Positions 59,024 through 64,000 of a stretch of 64,000 nt of DNA are shown here, one piece after another. The position numbers and the translations under genes were made by a program. Every line of letters begins with the position of its first letter. Position 1 is the stretch's first letter. The notes below the pieces were generated by a model. That model did no database searches and was not told the DNA's origin. It saw only the letters and a list, made by a program, of their open reading frames with translations. This DNA comes from an uncultured Gammaproteobacteria bacterium (GTDB lineage: Bacteria; Pseudomonadota; Gammaproteobacteria; UBA9214): the NCBI GenBank assembly GCA_963748215.1, contig CAVVHS010000003.1, positions 128,001 to 192,000 of the forward strand, written 5' to 3'.

Positions 59024-59713
59024 ATGGCTATTCGTATTGAAAAAAAGATAGTGGGATACAAGGTTGGAGACCGTAACGAGCCACAACAGCCGGCACCGGC
59101 TGTAGAGCCAGAGGACAACATTGTCCACCTGCATGAGAAGCTCGAACGCCCGGAGATGCTGATCGGTTCTACCTACAAGGTCAAGACTCCGCTGTCCGAG
59201 CATGCGCTGTATGTCACTATCAACGATATCGTGCTCAACCACGGTACCAGCAACGAGCTGCGCAGACCGTTCGAGATCTTCATCAATTCGAAGAACATGG
59301 ATCACTTCCAGTGGATAGTCGCGCTGACCCGGATTATTTCCGCCGTGTTCCGCAAGGGCGGTGACGTGACCTTCCTGGTGGAGGAACTGCGCTCGGTATT
59401 CGATCCGCGTGGCGGTTACTTCAAGAAGGGCGGCAAGTACATGCCCTCACTGGTGGCCGAAATCGGTGACGCAATCGAATGCCACATGCGCATGATCGGG
59501 TTGCTGAAGGATGATGGACTGGACGAGCACCAGATGAAGCTGGTTGCCGAGAAACGTGCCCAGTACGAGGCGGCCAAGGGCACGGAGGACAGCGGCGATG
59601 CGGGAGATTTTCCCGAAGGTGCACAGCTTTGTGCCAAGTGCCACACCAAGGCCGCGATCCAGATGGATGGCTGTCTGACCTGCCTCAACTGTGGCGAGTC
59701 GAAGTGCGGATAG
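59024..59713 (+). CDS. nrdJb: NrdJb (TSCPD domain + C-terminal Cys cluster)
   Basis: HALYVTIND, RPFEIFINSK, CAKC..CLTCLNCGESKCG. Confidence 0.93.
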   Translation: MAIRIEKKIVGYKVGDRNEPQQPAPAVEPEDNIVHLHEKLERPEMLIGSTYKVKTPLSEHALYVTINDIVLNHGTSNELRRPFEIFINSKNMDHFQWIVALTRIISAVFRKGGDVTFLVEELRSVFDPRGGYFKKGGKYMPSLVAEIGDAIECHMRMIGLLKDDGLDEHQMKLVAEKRAQYEAAKGTEDSGDAGDFPEGAQLCAKCHTKAAIQMDGCLTCLNCGESKCG

Positions 59714-60028
59714 GGCTGTTATCCTGAGATAAGCGGGCGGGTAGCGGTAGTCGCCTGCGGCCCGGTGGGCGGTGGACAAGGTTCGCAAGCAGGCTGGCCC
59801 AGGTGGGCAGTTTCCCTGTCCACGGGTATATCATCCATAATATATTGATTTGTATAGTATACGGCTTGTATGCCCGCCGGGCTGGCTGAAGTTAGTACCT
59901 TAGGCCGATTGCCCAGCTTCTAGCCGGCGGGCTATAACATAAGCATGGCATTTCGGGTGTAGAATGCCATCAGGTGCAAGAACAATAACAGTCCGACAAC
60001 AAGAACAGTCTCGGGCGAAGGAGGCAGG

Positions 60029-60259
60029 ATGTTTCTGCAACAAAAGCCGATACCCGGCTACTGGTACAGCAATCTGGCAGGCCAGCTGATCCAGGTACGC
60101 GCCATCGTGTTCTCGACGGGACGGCACAGCCGCATCATCCTGGAAGATATCAGTGGCAAGCGTCAGTCGGTGGATATGGACAGCTGGCGCGGCATGGACA
60201 TGGTACTGCATTCGCCGGTGGTGGATCGCCACCGTGATGGTGCCGCACGCGATATCTAG
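60029..60259 (+). CDS. Small hypothetical protein
   Basis: AAGGAGG RBS; PIPGYWY motif. Confidence 0.7.
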   Translation: MFLQQKPIPGYWYSNLAGQLIQVRAIVFSTGRHSRIILEDISGKRQSVDMDSWRGMDMVLHSPVVDRHRDGAARDI

Positions 60260-60277
60260 TTTCAGCCAGGCAAAAGC

Positions 60278-60313
60278 AAAGGCGCAGGGAGAGGTCCTCT
60301 CCCTGCGCCTTTT
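60278..60313. terminator. Bidirectional terminator
   Basis: AAAGGCGCAGGGAGAG-GTC-CTCTCCCTGCGCCTTTT between convergent genes. Confidence 0.85.
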
Positions 60314-60322
60314 ATCATCGTG

Positions 60323-60748
60323 CTACTGTCCCCAGCAGGTATCGGCGCTGGGCGCGGTGCCCGAGTAGCCCCGGACGCCCAGTGAGTTGATCGTCAGCTT
60401 TGTGCACTGCTTGTCCTTGGCCAGCTGGACGCCCTGAGGGTCGGCATCGAACGAATAGGCGGTTGCCGTTGCAGAAGCGGGGGCGGTGATGAGATAGAAG
60501 CCATCCTCTGAGGTACGGTTGTGGATACCGCGTAACGTCTCACAGTTGAGATAGCTCCCGTCGTTGTCAGAACGACAGCTCTCCATCTCCATCGCCGCGC
60601 GGTTGAGTGCGGCGATGCCATCGGCACGACGCGACTTCAACACCTGGTTGGTATAGCTCGGGTAGGCGATGGCCGTCAGGATGGCCATTATCACCAGCGC
60701 GATCATCAGCTCGATCAGCGAAAAACCGCGTTCCCGTTTCATGGGCAT
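60323..60748 (-). CDS. pilE: Type IV minor pilin PilE
   Basis: Prepilin G/FSLIELM, IAYPSY...KSRRAD, C-terminal Cys pair. Confidence 0.93.
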   Translation of the reverse strand: MPMKRERGFSLIELMIALVIMAILTAIAYPSYTNQVLKSRRADGIAALNRAAMEMESCRSDNDGSYLNCETLRGIHNRTSEDGFYLITAPASATATAYSFDADPQGVQLAKDKQCTKLTINSLGVRGYSGTAPSADTCWGQ

Positions 60749-60762
60749 AGTCCCCGTACCGG

Positions 60763-63700
60763 TTAGTCTGTCCACGAAGTGCGCCTGATCGGGTTGAACA
60801 GGTCGATGTCATCAACCTTCTCCGGGCCAACCACCAGTATCGGATGATCATCATCGGTGAAGATCAACCGTGGCTCGGGCTGGATACCGCCACGGACCAG
60901 GGTCTTGTAGCGATCGGTTGCCGTGAGACTGTTGAGCGAGCCCACCCCGTCGAGATTTTTGGTCGGTGTCGCATCGTACGCATTGATGGCATACAGGCGA
61001 CCGACACCCTGGCTGGGGGCGCAGGAATTCACCAGATTCGAATCCGGCTTGTAGGTGGTGAACAGCACCGTGCCGTCCACCGTCAGGGAATTTGCCAGGA
61101 CCTTTTCACCAGCCTCCAGGTCGAGGCGCCAGCCACTGCTCGATGCCAGGTTCGGGCTCAGGTCAGTCGTAACATCCAGCAGGTCGGATTCATCCAGTGG
61201 CGAGCTGTAGCTCGACGGTGGTGAATAGACGTTGCCGATGAACAGCATGTGGAAGCGGTCCTGTGTAACCGTGCTGAGCGGATGGGCACGGTAGCCGGAG
61301 CCGATGGCGACAGCATAGGTCACCACGCCGTTGACCTTGATCAGCGAGACGTCCGGCTTGACGTAGAAGCGGCGATGCTCATCGGTACCGGTTCCCGCCA
61401 GCTGGGCGACCACACCACCGTCAATAGTCGTGTTGCTGCCGCTGTTGTCGAAATCGAAACGCCATACCTGGCCACCCATGTCCACGGCAAACATGATATC
61501 GGTGTAGCCGTCGGCATTGATGTCGCCTGTCATGACCGGTGCCGGTATGCTGTAGTCCATAGCGTTTGACGTCAGGTTCGCACCTGAACCGCTTTCGCCG
61601 GCCCACCACAGGCGTGCGCCGGTGTCCGCGTCGACCATGTAGACGGCGTTGCCGACGCTGTCGTTGGTCGCGGTCTCGGTATCCTGGTTGGTATCGTACC
61701 CGCCGCCGAAGATCAGGACGGTGCGCTTGTTGCCGCTGCTCTTGATGCGTGCGAGTTGCATCTTTGACCAGGTCTGGCCCAGCTGGGTAAAGTTGCCGGT
61801 GCCGCCCTGGATCATCCATTTCAACTCAGGTGTACTGCGGTCGGTGACGTCCAGTGCGTAGTAGTTGCTACCGCCACGGCGCATGCCGACGTAGAGGTAG
61901 GCATGCTCACCGGTTTCCGTATTGCCGCTGCTGTCTTCCAGCACGCCGTTGTTATTCACGTCGTTTGCCCAGACGGTCAGCGGGCCGTCCAGACCGTACG
62001 GATGGCTGTTGGCACCACTGTTGTTGTACAGGATGTCCAGGTTCGGCAGGAGCTCCTGCGGTATGAAGGAAAACAGTTCGCTGCCATCCGTGGTATCGAT
62101 GGCATGCAACACGCCTTCATTGGTCGCAATGAAGAGGGCGATGTCCGGATTGGCATCGGTGCCGCCGTAGTTGACGACCACCGGATTGCTGTGCAGCGGG
62201 TCACCCATCTGGCGCCGTGCATCCGTCGTGCTGCCATCCTCGTCGATATCGAACAGGTCGACACCGCGCGCCCATTGCAGCAGGTCGTTGCGGTAGGTGC
62301 TGGTCATGCTTGGATTGCCCAGCATGGTTGCGGTCACCGCCGAATTAGACTCGTGAAACTGATTGGCTGTTGCAGTCAGGTCCTCGTCGTTCGGCGCGGT
62401 GGTACCGGAGTAGGTGTACATATTGCGCGTCAGTGCCAGCTCGCCCGCGGCGCCACCCTTTTGAACGTCATCGCCGTCCGGTGCATCGGGACCCGAGGTC
62501 CAGAAGCTGGCCGATGAGGTAGAGAAGAAGCCGGTGGTGGCGTCGACCGCGGCGGCGCCGGTGGCATCGGTGATGATCGGCGGAGTGCCGGCGAGCTTGT
62601 ATTGTTTCATGTTGCCGGACCACTGCGGGTATTTCTCCGGGCGGAACAGGGCAAAGTACAGCTCCTCGCGGTGGGTCAGGCGGTTGAAGGCATTCACCGG
62701 TACCGCCGGCGCCACGAAGGTGGTATTCACCGCCAGGATGTCGGAGATGATCTGGGTAAAGGCGGTGGTGAGCTGGACGGTGTCGTCAGCGGTGTAGTAC
62801 TTGCCGCCACCCTTGTTGGCCGCGTCCTGCAGCAACTTCTGGTTGGTGGCGAAACCGATGGTGTAGGTGGAGACGTTCTGCACGTCATCCAGGTCGGTGC
62901 GCTGGTCATAGTCGAACAGGTACTGGGCCACCTCATCAAGGCAGTCTTCAATAGCATTTGGGTCGCTATCGTCGAAAGCACAACTTCCCGCCGTGGCCGC
63001 AAAATCCGGCAGGGCCGCGATATCGGCGTCAGCACTGTCGTCATAGGTCGGGTCGCCGTCGGTCAGCAGCACGATATAGTTTTGCTGGCACTGGTACTCA
63101 ATCGGGCTTGCATACAGTGTGCTGTCGGATGGATCCAGAACGCCACTGTGGTTGGTGCCCGGTGTGGTGCTGTTGCCGAACTTGACATTCTCGCCGCGGA
63201 AATAACGTGCCGCCTCATAGAGGGTCTCTGCCAGCGGTGTGTAGCCGTCTGCCGTCATGCCGTTGGCCGCGGCCTTGAACGTCGGGCGTGAGCTGCTGTC
63301 CAGTATTTGCATGGGCAGCAGGAAATAGCCGCCCTTATTCTGGCTCTGGCTCTTGTCATCGAAGCGCATCAGGCCGGCATTGATGCCCGAGGTGCTGTCG
63401 ACCAGGTCGCCGAATACGTCCTGGACGATCTTCAGCCGTTTCTCGAGCGTGGCAACGCCGGTTGAGTTGATCCAGTTCAGGTAGTTGGCGGAATACAGCG
63501 TGTAGACACTACCGGTCGAATTCCAGTTAATCGCATTGGTGGCGGTGGTGTTATACGGACCGCCATCATTCTGGTCGGCCGGGTAGTTGCCGCTGGCGCC
63601 CCCGTCACCGTGCACGCTATAGTCGGCCTTGCAATCGATGATCTCGGAATGGTCGCTTTCGCTCAGGTTTTGCCAGCGATCCTCGCCCCACCTGATATTG

Positions 63701-64000
63701 TAGCGCGCCAGGGTGCCGGTGTAGCGCCCCGGGCCACTCGATGACAATGCCGCGAATGAATCAGCGCAATTATTCGAGCTGGTATCGATGTAGCCACGTC
63801 TGTTTGTGCCTGCAGTTGATGGCGGGCAAGTGGGCGCAACACCGTTGTCGGCTGCCGAGGCCCAGTAGACGTAGCTTGCATTGCAGGCGCCGGTATAGGT
63901 GGTAGCGGGATCGTAGTTGCCCGTCGTGAGCTGAACGTCGGTATCCATACTGCCCGAGGTGTCGATGATGAACAGCACATTCGGTCGTATATTGGTCGTG
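60763..64000 (-). CDS. pilY1: PilY1/PilC type IV pilus adhesin (5' end outside window)
   Basis: vWA DTSGSM, LLTDG, GDPLHS.P, YGLDG, GMRRGG, GQTWS, DINADG. Confidence 0.94.
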   Translation of the reverse strand, partial: TTNIRPNVLFIIDTSGSMDTDVQLTTGNYDPATTYTGACNASYVYWASAADNGVAPTCPPSTAGTNRRGYIDTSSNNCADSFAALSSSGPGRYTGTLARYNIRWGEDRWQNLSESDHSEIIDCKADYSVHGDGGASGNYPADQNDGGPYNTTATNAINWNSTGSVYTLYSANYLNWINSTGVATLEKRLKIVQDVFGDLVDSTSGINAGLMRFDDKSQSQNKGGYFLLPMQILDSSSRPTFKAAANGMTADGYTPLAETLYEAARYFRGENVKFGNSTTPGTNHSGVLDPSDSTLYASPIEYQCQQNYIVLLTDGDPTYDDSADADIAALPDFAATAGSCAFDDSDPNAIEDCLDEVAQYLFDYDQRTDLDDVQNVSTYTIGFATNQKLLQDAANKGGGKYYTADDTVQLTTAFTQIISDILAVNTTFVAPAVPVNAFNRLTHREELYFALFRPEKYPQWSGNMKQYKLAGTPPIITDATGAAAVDATTGFFSTSSASFWTSGPDAPDGDDVQKGGAAGELALTRNMYTYSGTTAPNDEDLTATANQFHESNSAVTATMLGNPSMTSTYRNDLLQWARGVDLFDIDEDGSTTDARRQMGDPLHSNPVVVNYGGTDANPDIALFIATNEGVLHAIDTTDGSELFSFIPQELLPNLDILYNNSGANSHPYGLDGPLTVWANDVNNNGVLEDSSGNTETGEHAYLYVGMRRGGSNYYALDVTDRSTPELKWMIQGGTGNFTQLGQTWSKMQLARIKSSGNKRTVLIFGGGYDTNQDTETATNDSVGNAVYMVDADTGARLWWAGESGSGANLTSNAMDYSIPAPVMTGDINADGYTDIMFAVDMGGQVWRFDFDNSGSNTTIDGGVVAQLAGTGTDEHRRFYVKPDVSLIKVNGVVTYAVAIGSGYRAHPLSTVTQDRFHMLFIGNVYSPPSSYSSPLDESDLLDVTTDLSPNLASSSGWRLDLEAGEKVLANSLTVDGTVLFTTYKPDSNLVNSCAPSQGVGRLYAINAYDATPTKNLDGVGSLNSLTATDRYKTLVRGGIQPEPRLIFTDDDHPILVVGPEKVDDIDLFNPIRRTSWTD

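Overview
High-GC gammaproteobacterial chromosomal segment. Gene content (CbbR-like LysR, CbbO/NorD-like VWA protein, DsrE, rhodanese, cbb3 oxidase, PPDK) suggests a marine microaerophilic chemolithotroph; this is inference. Layout: ppdK (5'-truncated); an accessory tract (about 2.3-35 kb) with BLUF, selO, TrmH methylase, a red-algal/cyanobacterial-type vanadium haloperoxidase, SPFH, spondin plus two-component system, frmA and a PEP-CTERM protein; a methyltransferase-VWA fusion; an MgtE/MscS operon; a peroxiredoxin; the ccoSI / ompW / ccoNOQP-G-H cluster with an FNR box; split class II RNR nrdJa/nrdJb with NrdR boxes; pilE and pilY1 (5'-truncated). Most notable signals: (1) most genes from 2.3 to 20.3 kb are separated by members of one 40-50 bp palindrome family (GGGNNCRGA...TCYGNNCCC), giving a cassette-array-like layout without attC sites; (2) two pairs of paralogous membrane microproteins below the ORF-track cutoff, one pair with hairpin-enclosed ribosome-binding sites; (3) two diverged copies of a structured ANGGA-loop element; (4) a degenerate SAM-methyltransferase fused to a CbbO/NorD-like VWA protein. 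Several genes are pseudogenes or frameshifted. No tRNA, rRNA, CRISPR array, integrase or transposase was recognised. All family assignments come from motif recognition by eye; no searches were run.
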